Positions 8,117-16,617 of a stretch of DNA of 30,199 nucleotides are shown in pieces. The DNA comes from an uncultured Peptostreptococcaceae bacterium (GTDB taxonomy: Bacteria; Bacillota; Clostridia; Peptostreptococcales; Anaerovoracaceae). The translations under genes and the position numbers were made by a program. The notes beneath the pieces are model-generated. The model was given only the letters and a program-made list of their open reading frames with translations. It searched no databases and was not told where the DNA came from. Location of the stretch: assembly GCA_949740445.1 (NCBI GenBank), contig CATJIF010000081.1, positions 1-30,199 on the forward strand. Direction: 5' to 3'. Numbering within the stretch: the stretch's first letter is position 1; each line of letters opens with the position of its first letter.

Positions 8117-9454
8117 TCAGCCAATTCTGCCCGTTTCATTTATCCTCCGCAGCCATTTGCCGCTTCGGTAATATGCAATAAAGCACAGCGCCGACAGCGT
8201 CCACGAAGCAGGATAGCAAAAAAAGATAACGCGAATATCGTTCCAAAATGGCAGTACGGTATAAATCACCGCCATGCGGAAGACACAAACCGTCAATATC
8301 ATAATCAGCATCGGCACCACGGTAGAGCCCGCCCCGCGTGCAACGCATCCGTATACTTCTGTAAATATGTAAACCCAGCCCAGTGGCGCCATATAGCGCA
8401 TCAGCTGCACGCCGTAGGCGATCACCTCTGGATCGTCGGCAAATATCCCCAATATAGGTTCGGAAAAGATCAGATACAGAACCGTCAGCGGTATGAGGAA
8501 CAGAAAGCTGTAAATGATAGCGACGCGGGCTCCCTGCTTTACGCGCTCGATATTTCCCGCGCCGAGATTCTGCCCGGTAAAGGTCGTTGCCGTCAGCCCG
8601 AAGGCGTTTTCTATGGTATAGATAAACCCATCCAGCCTCTGATAAGCGCCCGTACCCGCCATGGCCGCGGTGCCGAAGAGATTCAGCTTTGTCTGCATCA
8701 GCGTATTCGAGATGGCAAACATGGCAGAAGACAGGCCCGCAGGCAGCCCAATGCGCATAATCTGCCTTGCCGCATGGGCTTCGAACCGCAGCTTCTTCCA
8801 ATTCAGGTGGCAGTCGCCGGAATCGAGCGTCATGCAGCTCAAAACCAGCACTGCCGCAACCAGCTGCGACAGGCTGCTGGCAAGCCCCGCTCCAATTACG
8901 CCACCCCGCCAGACGGCTACAAACAGCACATCCAGAACGCAGTTTAAAACGCCGCCCGCCAAAAGAAAGTAAAACGGCCGTTTCGAATCTCCCGCTGCCC
9001 GCAGCATCGCGCTCCCCATGTTGTACATCAGCATCGGCAGAATGCCCGCAAAATAAGCGAGCAGATACTGCGTTCCTAACGCTGCCGTTTCTTGCGAAAA
9101 GTTCATAAAGCGCGGCACCATCGGCGCTGCTGCCATACCGATAACAGTCATAATCACGCCACAGACAAGCCCCATCAGAACTCCCGTGTGCACCGTACTT
9201 TCTGCACCCTCCCTGTTTTGAGCACCGATGTGATGCGCTACGACGACGCCCGCTCCTGTGGTAATACCCATAAAGAGATTGATGAGCAGGTTGATAACCG
9301 GCATGACGGCGCTGACTGCTGCCAGGGCTTCGCTGCTTTCAAATCGGCCCACCACCACGCTGTCCACGATGGTATAAAACTGCTGAAACATATTGCTGGC
9401 CATGATGGGTATCGCAAACCACAGGACCGGCTTCCAGATGCCGCCCTGCGTCAT
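8117..9454 (-). CDS. MATE-family multidrug/oligosaccharidyl-lipid efflux transporter.
   Basis: The 445-aa, 12-TM-like product begins MTQGGIWKPVLWFAIPIMASNMFQQFYTIVDSVVVGRF..., a typical MATE N-terminus. The ORF-track N-terminal extension (GTG start, basic low-complexity) is rejected. Confidence 0.85.
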   Translation of the reverse strand: MTQGGIWKPVLWFAIPIMASNMFQQFYTIVDSVVVGRFESSEALAAVSAVMPVINLLINLFMGITTGAGVVVAHHIGAQNREGAESTVHTGVLMGLVCGVIMTVIGMAAAPMVPRFMNFSQETAALGTQYLLAYFAGILPMLMYNMGSAMLRAAGDSKRPFYFLLAGGVLNCVLDVLFVAVWRGGVIGAGLASSLSQLVAAVLVLSCMTLDSGDCHLNWKKLRFEAHAARQIMRIGLPAGLSSAMFAISNTLMQTKLNLFGTAAMAGTGAYQRLDGFIYTIENAFGLTATTFTGQNLGAGNIERVKQGARVAIIYSFLFLIPLTVLYLIFSEPILGIFADDPEVIAYGVQLMRYMAPLGWVYIFTEVYGCVARGAGSTVVPMLIMILTVCVFRMAVIYTVLPFWNDIRVIFFCYPASWTLSALCFIAYYRSGKWLRRINETGRIG

Positions 9455-9582
9455 CGACGCTTCGCCTCGTATCCAGCGCTTTTGCTCTTCCTTTCTGCCT
9501 TCTTCTCTTTTGCTCTGTTCCACGGTACTCTCTCCTGACTGTTCCTGCAAATCTCTGCACTGCCGCATGGGCTGTTGTATCA

Positions 9583-9612
9583 GTATATCATAGCCCTTCG
9601 TCTTCTTGCAAC
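9583..9612 (-). promoter_or_regulatory. Possible sigmaA promoter (TTGCAA-18-TATACT) for the MATE gene.
   Basis: The minus strand reads TTGCAAgaagacgaagggctatgaTATACT. It overlaps the terminator region of the upstream gene. Confidence 0.25.
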
Positions 9613-9652
9613 AAAACCCGCGGGGATTCTTCCCTCCCGCGGGTTTCTTTTT
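9613..9652 (-). terminator. Intrinsic terminator (bidirectional-looking) downstream of the GHL10 gene.
   Basis: aaacccgcggg-gattcttccct-cccgcgggttt is flanked by an A-run on one side and a T-run on the other, so it reads as hairpin plus U-tract on both strands. Confidence 0.6.
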
Positions 9653-9660
9653 GGCTATCC

Positions 9661-9694
9661 GAAAACGGGCCACTGCTTTTTGCAGCGGCCCGTT
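9661..9694 (-). terminator. Second, tandem intrinsic terminator after the GHL10 gene.
   Basis: The minus strand reads aacgggcc-gctgcaaaaagcagt-ggcccgtt followed by ttcgg. Confidence 0.45.
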
Positions 9695-9763
9695 GCCTAT
9701 CCGTGTTTCTTTTCTCGCACCGCGTCCGCACCAGCAGGTGCACAGAGCCCGTCTGTCTCCGTT

Positions 9764-11479
9764 TTACAGCACATTCTTCAGGTTGTTGACTTCCTTCTGC
9801 GCCGCCGTGGTCTGGAACACGCCGTAGCGGAAGAAGGCAAATCCGCTGACTTCTCCGGAATTTCTTGCCGTGCTGACCTGGCGGGCCAGGATATCGTCGT
9901 AGCGCAGCCATTCCGAAACCGCGTTGTTGTCCTTGACCGCGCTTCCCGCATTGGCCACGTTCAGACCGATGTAAAGCTTTACATTCCCTTTGCGCTTTAA
10001 GGCAATCCACGTTTTCAGGTTGCTCTCGTAAGCGTAAGGTGCCGCCTCGCCCTGGGCGGTTTTCGTCTCAAAGCCCCAGTACAGCTGCGGCATAATGTAA
10101 TCTATATACCCGTCTTTCGACATCCAGGTGTCGATATCCACAAAGTGGTTGGAATTGCTCCGCAGGTTGCTTACATTGCCCGCCGGGCTGATGCCGAACT
10201 GAAGCCCTGCGTCCTTTGCCTTTACCGTCCGGTATACCTCTCTTACCAGCGCATTGACGTTCTCTCTGCGCCACTGCGCGATGGGAAGGCTGCTTCCCGA
10301 GCGGTCGTATTCCGGCTTGTCGAACCAGTATTCCTCCGAACTGTCGTTTAAGCTGGGATAGAAATAATCGTCGAAGTGGATGCCGTCCACATCGTAGCTC
10401 TCCAGAATTTCCGACACACCGTCCACCACCAGCTGGCGCACCTCGGGAATCGACGGATTGTAATAGTAAAAGCCGTTGTGCAGAAGCACGTAGCGGTCCG
10501 TCGCCGCATTGCCGTCGGAACGCCAGCGATAGGCAGGATTATCCTGCGATACTTCGTTCCAGCTCATTTTGTAGCCGGTAATGCGGTAGGGATTGATCCA
10601 CGCGTGGAACTCCAGCCCTCGCTTGTGCGCCGCTTCTATCATGTACGCCGTAGGGTCGTAGCCGGGGCTTACGCCCTGGGTTCCCGAAGCGAATTTCGAC
10701 CACGGAAACAGCTGCGAATCGTACATGGCGTCGCTGTCCGCGCGCACCTGCACGATCACTGCATTCATACCGTAAGAAACGCAGCGGTCCATCATGGTAT
10801 CCACCGCTTTGCAAAAGGCGGCTTCCTCCTTGGGCATATCTAAAAATTCCAGATAGGAAATCCACATGGCCCGCAGCTCGCTATTGCCTGTGCTGCCCGT
10901 GCCATTTCCCTGTCCGCCGGTCTGCGTGCCGGCGCTTCCATCCCCCTGCGCTGTAACAATGCTTACAGTGCGGGTTTTGGAATCCCAGCCCACCGAAGCG
11001 CCGAAGGCTTCCATTACCACGCGAATGGGAAGATACGTGCGCCTGTCTTTGATAATCGCCGCCGTATCGTTATCAATGCGCTGCCCGTTCTTTATTATGT
11101 AGCTTTCTCCGATGGGAACCTCCACGCGCACGCCGTCCTTTTCCACGATGGCGATGCGCTCCTGGGCGTTCCAGCTGACCTGCGCGCCGATGGCCGACAT
11201 GGCGGCATTCAGCGGCACCTGCGTCCTGCGATTCTGGTCGATGAAGGGGGCTCCCATCGAAGGCTCCGCCTTCAGCTCCACCCCGTCGATGGTTATTTTT
11301 ACGTCGCCGCTGTCCGCTGCCGAGGGCAGCGTAACAGCCCACATGAGCACCAGCGTCAGCGTCAGGATTGCCGCTGCACCCAGCCTGCGCTTTCCCCGTT
11401 CGTTGATCCGCCACGACCTGCTCTTTTTCGCACTGCCACGACCTGCTTCTGTCTGTTTTGTTTCGTATGGCTTCGTCAT
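9764..11479 (-). CDS. Secreted or membrane-anchored GHL10-family (YngK-like, DUF187) glycoside-hydrolase-like protein with an N-terminal copper-amine-oxidase-N-terminal-like domain.
   Basis: The 571-aa product begins MTKPYETKQTEAGRGSAKKSRSWRINERGKRRLGAAAILTLTLVLMWAVT... (a signal anchor). It has a Cu_amine_oxidN1-like segment (...PLNAAMSAIGAQVSWNAQERIAIVEKDGVRVEVPIGES...) followed by the GHL10 core (...YDPTAYMIEAAHKRGLEFHAWINPYR...). I prefer the start at M14 (GGGG/AGGGA RBS) over the ORF-track M1. Confidence 0.8.
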   Translation of the reverse strand: MTKPYETKQTEAGRGSAKKSRSWRINERGKRRLGAAAILTLTLVLMWAVTLPSAADSGDVKITIDGVELKAEPSMGAPFIDQNRRTQVPLNAAMSAIGAQVSWNAQERIAIVEKDGVRVEVPIGESYIIKNGQRIDNDTAAIIKDRRTYLPIRVVMEAFGASVGWDSKTRTVSIVTAQGDGSAGTQTGGQGNGTGSTGNSELRAMWISYLEFLDMPKEEAAFCKAVDTMMDRCVSYGMNAVIVQVRADSDAMYDSQLFPWSKFASGTQGVSPGYDPTAYMIEAAHKRGLEFHAWINPYRITGYKMSWNEVSQDNPAYRWRSDGNAATDRYVLLHNGFYYYNPSIPEVRQLVVDGVSEILESYDVDGIHFDDYFYPSLNDSSEEYWFDKPEYDRSGSSLPIAQWRRENVNALVREVYRTVKAKDAGLQFGISPAGNVSNLRSNSNHFVDIDTWMSKDGYIDYIMPQLYWGFETKTAQGEAAPYAYESNLKTWIALKRKGNVKLYIGLNVANAGSAVKDNNAVSEWLRYDDILARQVSTARNSGEVSGFAFFRYGVFQTTAAQKEVNNLKNVL

Positions 11480-11619
11480 TCCCTGTTCCCCTGTCTCTTT
11501 CTCCGCTTGTTGCAACATCGAATGTGTTGTGATTATTGTATCATAGATTTTCTCGAGGAAATATTACATTTTTCTATCTTTTTCACAGAAGGTCCACACG
11601 CCCTGCGCTTTACAGACTA

Positions 11620-11658
11620 TAAAAAAACGGCTGCTCTAATTCTGCAGCCGTTTTTTCT
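11620..11658 (-). terminator. Intrinsic terminator overlapping the stop codon of the PAS hybrid kinase gene.
   Basis: aaaaaaacggctgc-tctaattc-tgcagccgttttttctt has an 8-bp stem and a U-tract on the minus strand. Confidence 0.65.
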
Positions 11659-13894
11659 TCGTTACGTCTTCGATGGTTTTTAAAAGCAGAGCCACATCCA
11701 TCGGCTTTGCCAGGTGGGCGTTCATGCCGCTTTCCATAGAGGCCTGCACGTCGCTTTCAAAGACGTTAGCCGACAGCGCAATGATCGGGATGCAGGAAAG
11801 CTCCGGGTTTTTCAGGCTGCGGATCGCCCTCGCTGCCTTCCAGCCGTCCATCACCGGCATCTGAATATCCATCAGGATTAAATCGTAATCGCCGGGCGAT
11901 GCCTGCGTCATCTTCTCTACAGCGATGCTTCCATCTTCTGCTGTTTCGATCAGAAATCCCAGCTCCTCCAGGATTTCCGTCTCGATCTCCTGATTGATCT
12001 CGTTATCCTCTACCAGCAGTATTTTCTGCTTTCTCGGCAGCTCCTCCGGCACTTCTTCTACACTGGCGGTCTGCGGCTGCATCTGCGCCCGCATCCGAAG
12101 CGTAACGGTAAAGGTACTGCCCTCCCCCTCCCGGCTTTTCGCTTCGATGGTTCCGCCCAGCATATCTACGATGTTCTTTGCGATGGTAAGCCCCAGCCCT
12201 GTGCCGTGAACGCCGCTGAGCGTAGTGTTTTTCTCCCTGGTGAAAGGCTCGAATATGCGCTCTAAAAAGGCTTCGCTGATGCCGATACCCGTATCTGCCA
12301 CCACAAGCTGGTACACCGCATAGTGATTGGGCAGCGTTTCCTTTTCTTCCGCGATAACGGTGATCCGGCCCCCGGCCTCTGTATAGGTAACAGCGTTGTT
12401 GACCAGATACATGGCTACCTGCTTTAGCTTGTTCAAATCGCCATATACGCTGCTGTGCCTTATACCGGAACAATCCAGAGTAAAGACAATTTCCTTTTCT
12501 GTTATATGGGGAAGCAGAAATTCATAGATCTCCTGCAGAATATCGCACAAATCGCACAGTTCACCACCGCTTTCCGCTTGATGCGTCTCTTTCGATTCTT
12601 TCCAGGCGATTTCCAGTACTTCTTCGATCAGCTCCAAAAGCTGTTTGCCGGAGGCTTCAATTCTATGGAGATAATTTTGCAGCGCCTCCACATTATCAGT
12701 GCTCTTTCTGGCGAGAGCCGTAAATCCGAAGATGGCGTTCAGCGGCGTGCGCATATCGTGCGACATGTTGGATAGAAACGCATTTTTAGCGACAATAGCC
12801 AGGTTGGCATTGTTTAACGCTTCTGCCATCAACTGCTTCTGCTCCATTTCGCGCTGCAGTTCTTCATCCACGCAGCGATATCCCATCACAACCTGCGATA
12901 TGCGTTCGCCGTGGCTTACATTCACCACGTGCATCTGCAAATACTGCGTTTTGCCGTTTTCCAGCACCCGGTAATTGATATTGTACATTTTGCATTCGGC
13001 CAGCCGTTCGCGGATATAGTCCGGCGTGGTCACCTTAAACATGGTCTCCCGTTCTTCCGGGTACACATGGTCGTTGATATACCTCGAAGCATACCAGGTA
13101 TAGGAGTGCATTTGCAGGATTTCATCGAACAGTCCATCGCCCCTCTGGCTCAGGCGGTAAGGCCACACGGTATCCTCATCGAAATCGACATAGAGGATTG
13201 ATTCGTAGCTGGCGCTGAGACCCTCGATCACTTCCATCCGCCGCAGATATTCCCGATGAATTTGGAGGCGCTCTTTATCGTATTCCTGGATCAGCTCTTG
13301 CATTTTCTGTTCGCTTTTTTGCTTTTCCCACAGCAGGAGTTCCCGTTCCATCTGTTGGCGCTTCTTTTTTTCGGTCGCGTCGCTTATAAATACATAAAAA
13401 ATATTTCCTATAGATTCGCTGCGGACAAGATAGCCATAATCTTCGATCCATCGAAGCTCCCCATCCAGGCGTCGCATCCGGTATTCGACATAATCCAGAT
13501 GACAGTGGCTATCCGCCAGTTGTCCGTCGATGCTTTGCATCACCGCCTCCCAATCTTCCGGGTGCACCATACCGCGAAAGGCATTCCCGGTAAATTTCCG
13601 GAATTGCTTTAAGGTATTGCAACCGTACATCCGCTGCAGCGCCCTGTTGGCATAGATGATCTGCCCGTCGGCGTCCGCATAGTACATCAGGAAGCCTCCT
13701 GGCATTTCTTCCATAAATTCTATCATTTCGTACGCGGTCCGGATGTCCTGCGAATCCGACAGAGAAAACAACGCATCCCATCCTCCCATTTCTATCAGCT
13801 GATCAATTTCGAGCCCGTTTTCTGAAAGAAGCTGTAACAGCATCAGAATATGTTCCAGCATCCTGCCGCCTGCATTCCGTCCGCTTTCGTTCAT
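11636..13894 (-). CDS. Cytoplasmic hybrid sensor histidine kinase (PAS domains, HisKA, HATPase_c, C-terminal receiver).
   Basis: The 752-aa product begins MNESGRNAGG... and has no TM segments. It contains PAS-like repeats, an H-box (SNMSHDMRTPLNAIFGF), the G1/G2 boxes (GTGLGLTIAKNIV) and a C-terminal REC (KILLVEDNEINQEI...ILMDIQMPVMDGW...AKP). A GGGAGAAG RBS precedes the ATG. The GTG start 39 nt upstream in the ORF track lies inside the predicted 5' leader. Confidence 0.85.
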   Translation of the reverse strand: MNESGRNAGGRMLEHILMLLQLLSENGLEIDQLIEMGGWDALFSLSDSQDIRTAYEMIEFMEEMPGGFLMYYADADGQIIYANRALQRMYGCNTLKQFRKFTGNAFRGMVHPEDWEAVMQSIDGQLADSHCHLDYVEYRMRRLDGELRWIEDYGYLVRSESIGNIFYVFISDATEKKKRQQMERELLLWEKQKSEQKMQELIQEYDKERLQIHREYLRRMEVIEGLSASYESILYVDFDEDTVWPYRLSQRGDGLFDEILQMHSYTWYASRYINDHVYPEERETMFKVTTPDYIRERLAECKMYNINYRVLENGKTQYLQMHVVNVSHGERISQVVMGYRCVDEELQREMEQKQLMAEALNNANLAIVAKNAFLSNMSHDMRTPLNAIFGFTALARKSTDNVEALQNYLHRIEASGKQLLELIEEVLEIAWKESKETHQAESGGELCDLCDILQEIYEFLLPHITEKEIVFTLDCSGIRHSSVYGDLNKLKQVAMYLVNNAVTYTEAGGRITVIAEEKETLPNHYAVYQLVVADTGIGISEAFLERIFEPFTREKNTTLSGVHGTGLGLTIAKNIVDMLGGTIEAKSREGEGSTFTVTLRMRAQMQPQTASVEEVPEELPRKQKILLVEDNEINQEIETEILEELGFLIETAEDGSIAVEKMTQASPGDYDLILMDIQMPVMDGWKAARAIRSLKNPELSCIPIIALSANVFESDVQASMESGMNAHLAKPMDVALLLKTIEDVTKKKRLQN

Positions 13895-13944
13895 AGTCGT
13901 TTCTTCTCCCTTATTCTCCAATAAGTCTAACACGTACTCTTTTT

Positions 13945-13973
13945 ATTATATCGGCGCTTTTCACCGGTGGCAA
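13945..13973 (-). promoter_or_regulatory. Putative sigmaA promoter (TTGCCA-17-TATAAT) for the PAS hybrid kinase gene.
   Basis: The minus strand reads cTTGCCAccggtgaaaagcgccgaTATAATaaaaagag about 45 nt upstream of the ATG. Confidence 0.45.
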
Positions 13974-13984
13974 GTCTTTACCAC

Positions 13985-14022
13985 CAGAAAAAGCACTTCC
14001 ATCGGAAAACCGACAAAAGTGC
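13985..14022 (-). terminator. Intrinsic terminator downstream of cysK.
   Basis: The minus strand reads GCACTT-ttg-TCGG-tttt-CCGA-tgg-AAGTGC followed by TTTTTCTGG. Confidence 0.5.
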
Positions 14023-14119
14023 CCGGATGCACGCAATGGTCGATAAGCGCATCGCCTGGCGCCGCACTCTGCATGCGGCTTGTTATGCGCAGAGCCTTCT
14101 GTCCGCTTTCGGTGCGGCC

Positions 14120-15055
14120 TTACTGCTTTTGAACGAACATCGGAGTCGAAAGATAGCGCTCGCCGGTATCCGGCAGAAGCACGACGATCCTCTTTCCCCT
14201 GTTTTCCGGCCGCCCGGCAAGCGTTGCCGCCGCATGCAGGGCCGCGCCGGAAGAAATGCCGGCCAAGATGCCCTCTTCTCTCGCCAGCAGCCTTGCAGAA
14301 GTATAGGCCTCCTCGTCGGAAACAACGATGACCTCATCGTAAATCCCGGTGTTCAGCACCTCTGGCACAAAGCCTGCGCCAATCCCCTGAATGCCGTGAG
14401 GGCCTGGCATCCCGCCAGAGAGCACGGGAGATCCCGCCGGCTCTACCGCAACAATCCTGACCTCAGGCTTCTTCTCCTTCAGGTATTCGCCCGCGCCGGT
14501 AATGGTTCCGCCTGTACCGACGCAGGCCACGAAAATATCTACCGTTCCATCGGTATCGTTCCAGATTTCCGGTCCTGTGGTTTCGTAGTGTGCTGCCGGG
14601 TTTTTTGGATTTATAAACTGGCCGGGAAGAAAGCTGCCCGGCATGGTTGCTGCAAGCTCTTTTGCCTTGTCTATGGCACCCGCCATGCCCCGCCCGCCTT
14701 CAGTCAGAACAATCTGCGCCCCGTAGGCGGAAAGCAGGCTGCGCCTCTCCGCGCTCATGGTTTCGGGCATGGTAAAAATAACCCGATATCCCCTGACTGC
14801 AGCCACTGCCGCCAGCCCGATGCCGGTATTTCCGCTGGTCGGCTCGATGATAACCGCTCCTTCTGTCAGCTGTCCGCTGGCCTCTGCGGCCTCGATCATC
14901 GACTTTGCAACCCTGTCCTTGGCACTCCCCGCGGGATTAAAAAACTCTACCTTGGCAAGAAGCTGCGCACCTATGGCATGGGCTTCCTCATAGCGCTTCA
15001 GCCGCACCAGCGGGGTAGAACCGATCAAATCCGTAATATCCTCATAAATCCGCAT
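14120..15055 (-). CDS. cysK: Cysteine synthase A (O-acetylserine sulfhydrylase), a PLP-dependent enzyme.
   Basis: The 311-aa product begins [19 protein letters not shown]...[11 protein letters not shown]...[10 protein letters not shown]...GTGGTITG..., all canonical CysK motifs. A GGGAGGT RBS precedes the start. Confidence 0.9.
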   Translation of the reverse strand: MRIYEDITDLIGSTPLVRLKRYEEAHAIGAQLLAKVEFFNPAGSAKDRVAKSMIEAAEASGQLTEGAVIIEPTSGNTGIGLAAVAAVRGYRVIFTMPETMSAERRSLLSAYGAQIVLTEGGRGMAGAIDKAKELAATMPGSFLPGQFINPKNPAAHYETTGPEIWNDTDGTVDIFVACVGTGGTITGAGEYLKEKKPEVRIVAVEPAGSPVLSGGMPGPHGIQGIGAGFVPEVLNTGIYDEVIVVSDEEAYTSARLLAREEGILAGISSGAALHAAATLAGRPENRGKRIVVLLPDTGERYLSTPMFVQKQ

Positions 15056-15120
15056 CGCGTTACCTCCCGAACACACACAGGTTGCTTTCGTTCTCTTAAC
15101 CCACTTCCTTTATAGGTAAT

Positions 15121-15149
15121 ATTGTAACACCGCAACCTGCTGCTGTCAA
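15121..15149 (-). promoter_or_regulatory. sigmaA promoter (TTGACA-17-TACAAT) for cysK.
   Basis: The minus strand reads gagaTTGACAgcagcaggttgcggtgtTACAATatt about 65 nt upstream of the cysK ATG. It is divergent from the M20 peptidase promoter. Confidence 0.5.
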
Positions 15150-15203
15150 TCTCGCACTGCAACGCCGCCTGTTTTATTTCCTGCAAAAATAAAAAAAGTG
15201 GCG

Positions 15204-15232
15204 TTGACTTTTTCGCGCAACTTCAATATAAT
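15204..15232 (+). promoter_or_regulatory. sigmaA promoter (TTGACT-17-TATAAT) for the M20 peptidase gene.
   Basis: The plus strand reads ggcgTTGACTttttcgcgcaacttcaaTATAATacattt about 58 nt upstream of the ATG at 15291. Confidence 0.55.
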
Positions 15233-15290
15233 ACATTTCATTCCAAGCGCAGGGTCCATCGCCCCGCAGAAACGAAAGGAAGGTATCGCC

Positions 15291-16403
15291 ATGATAAACC
15301 CCACCCGGCTTTTAGAACGTTTTCAGGAATTTGTGGCCGTAGATAACGCTTCGAAAAACGAAGCCGCCCTGTGCGCCAAAATCAGAGAAACGCTGGCGGC
15401 TTTAGGCATCGCATCTAGCGAAGACGATTCTGCCGCTAAAATCGGCGGCACCTCCGGCAACCTCTACGCCTATGTCGAGGGCTCGCGCCCCCTTGCACCC
15501 CTTCTCTTTTCCGCACACATGGATTCTGTCGCCCCGGCCTGCGGCAAGAAGGCCGTCTTCCATCCCGACGGAACCATCACTTCCGACGCAACAACGGTTC
15601 TGGGCGCCGACGACCTGTCCGGCGTCTGCGTCATTCTCGAGGCCTTGACATCTATCCGGGAATCCGGCGCAGCGCACCGCCCCATCGAGCTGCTCTTCGA
15701 TGCCGCGGAAGAAACCTACTGCGCCGGCATACAGCAGTTTGATTTTTCCCGCCTGCGCTCCAAAGAGGCCTACATCTTCGACCTGACCGGCCCTGTAGGC
15801 AGCGCCGCTTACCAGGCGCCGTCCATCCTGTCTTTTTGCGCCGAATTTCACGGACGCGCCGCCCACGCGGCATTTTCGCCAGAAAGCGGCATCCATGCGA
15901 TCAAAGCAGCGGCGAACGCCGTTTCATCCATCGAATGTGGACACGTCGCAGATACGACTGTAAATATCGGAACCATCCGCGGCGGCAGTGCCGATAACGT
16001 GGTGCCGGAACACTGCATCGTTACCGGAGAGGTGCGCAGCTTTGAGGCCGCCAGCGCCAGGCAGCAGCTTTTGCACATCCGGGAGCGCTTTGCCGCAGCC
16101 GCAGCTGATGCAGGCGCGCAGATGAACTTCCGAGACGATACCCTTTGCCTGGCTTACAAAGTGGGGACAGAAGAGCCCGTCGCCAACCGGTTTCGGGCTG
16201 CCTGCAAGCAGGTAGGACTTTCGGGGCATCTGGTCAGCACCTATGTTGGCAGCGACAACAACCACTTCTTTCATCACGGTCTTCGCGGTTTGGTCGTGGC
16301 CTCCGGTATGAACAACTGCCACTCCTGCGGCGAATATACCAGCACTGCGGAACTTTTACGGGCGGCGGAACTTGCGCAGGCGCTGATGCTGTCAGAGGAA
16401 TAG
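15291..16403 (+). CDS. M20/M25/M40-family metallopeptidase (peptidase T / tripeptide aminopeptidase-like).
   Basis: The 370-aa product begins MINPTRLLERFQEFVAVDNASKNE... and contains SAHMDSV (metal-binding His/Asp), GADD and ...EE...H, the hallmarks of M20B peptidases. An AAGGAAGG RBS precedes the start. The ORF-track start at 15198 lies upstream of the promoter -10. Confidence 0.8.
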   Translation: MINPTRLLERFQEFVAVDNASKNEAALCAKIRETLAALGIASSEDDSAAKIGGTSGNLYAYVEGSRPLAPLLFSAHMDSVAPACGKKAVFHPDGTITSDATTVLGADDLSGVCVILEALTSIRESGAAHRPIELLFDAAEETYCAGIQQFDFSRLRSKEAYIFDLTGPVGSAAYQAPSILSFCAEFHGRAAHAAFSPESGIHAIKAAANAVSSIECGHVADTTVNIGTIRGGSADNVVPEHCIVTGEVRSFEAASARQQLLHIRERFAAAAADAGAQMNFRDDTLCLAYKVGTEEPVANRFRAACKQVGLSGHLVSTYVGSDNNHFFHHGLRGLVVASGMNNCHSCGEYTSTAELLRAAELAQALMLSEE

Positions 16404-16524
16404 CCGCTCTGCGGCCAGAGGCTGATGGAGGGCAAGTTTGAATCCTCGTTTTCGGCAAACGGATTGCAGCTGCATTCGCAGCATGGCCAGGCAGAACGCG
16501 CATTCGATAAAATCCGATAACAAT

Positions 16525-16557
16525 AAAACCCACCGGCCAAACCGATGGGTTTTATTT
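16525..16557. terminator. Bidirectional intrinsic terminator between the convergent M20 peptidase and HK-REC-DegV genes.
   Basis: aaaaCCCACCGG-ccaaa-CCGATGGGttttattt forms a 7/8-bp stem. It has an A-run on one side and a T-run on the other. Confidence 0.55.
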
Positions 16558-16617
16558 AGTGGATGCGGCAGAAGCATCGAAACGCAACGCTTCTCGCATT
16601 TGCAGTGCAAGGCAGAT

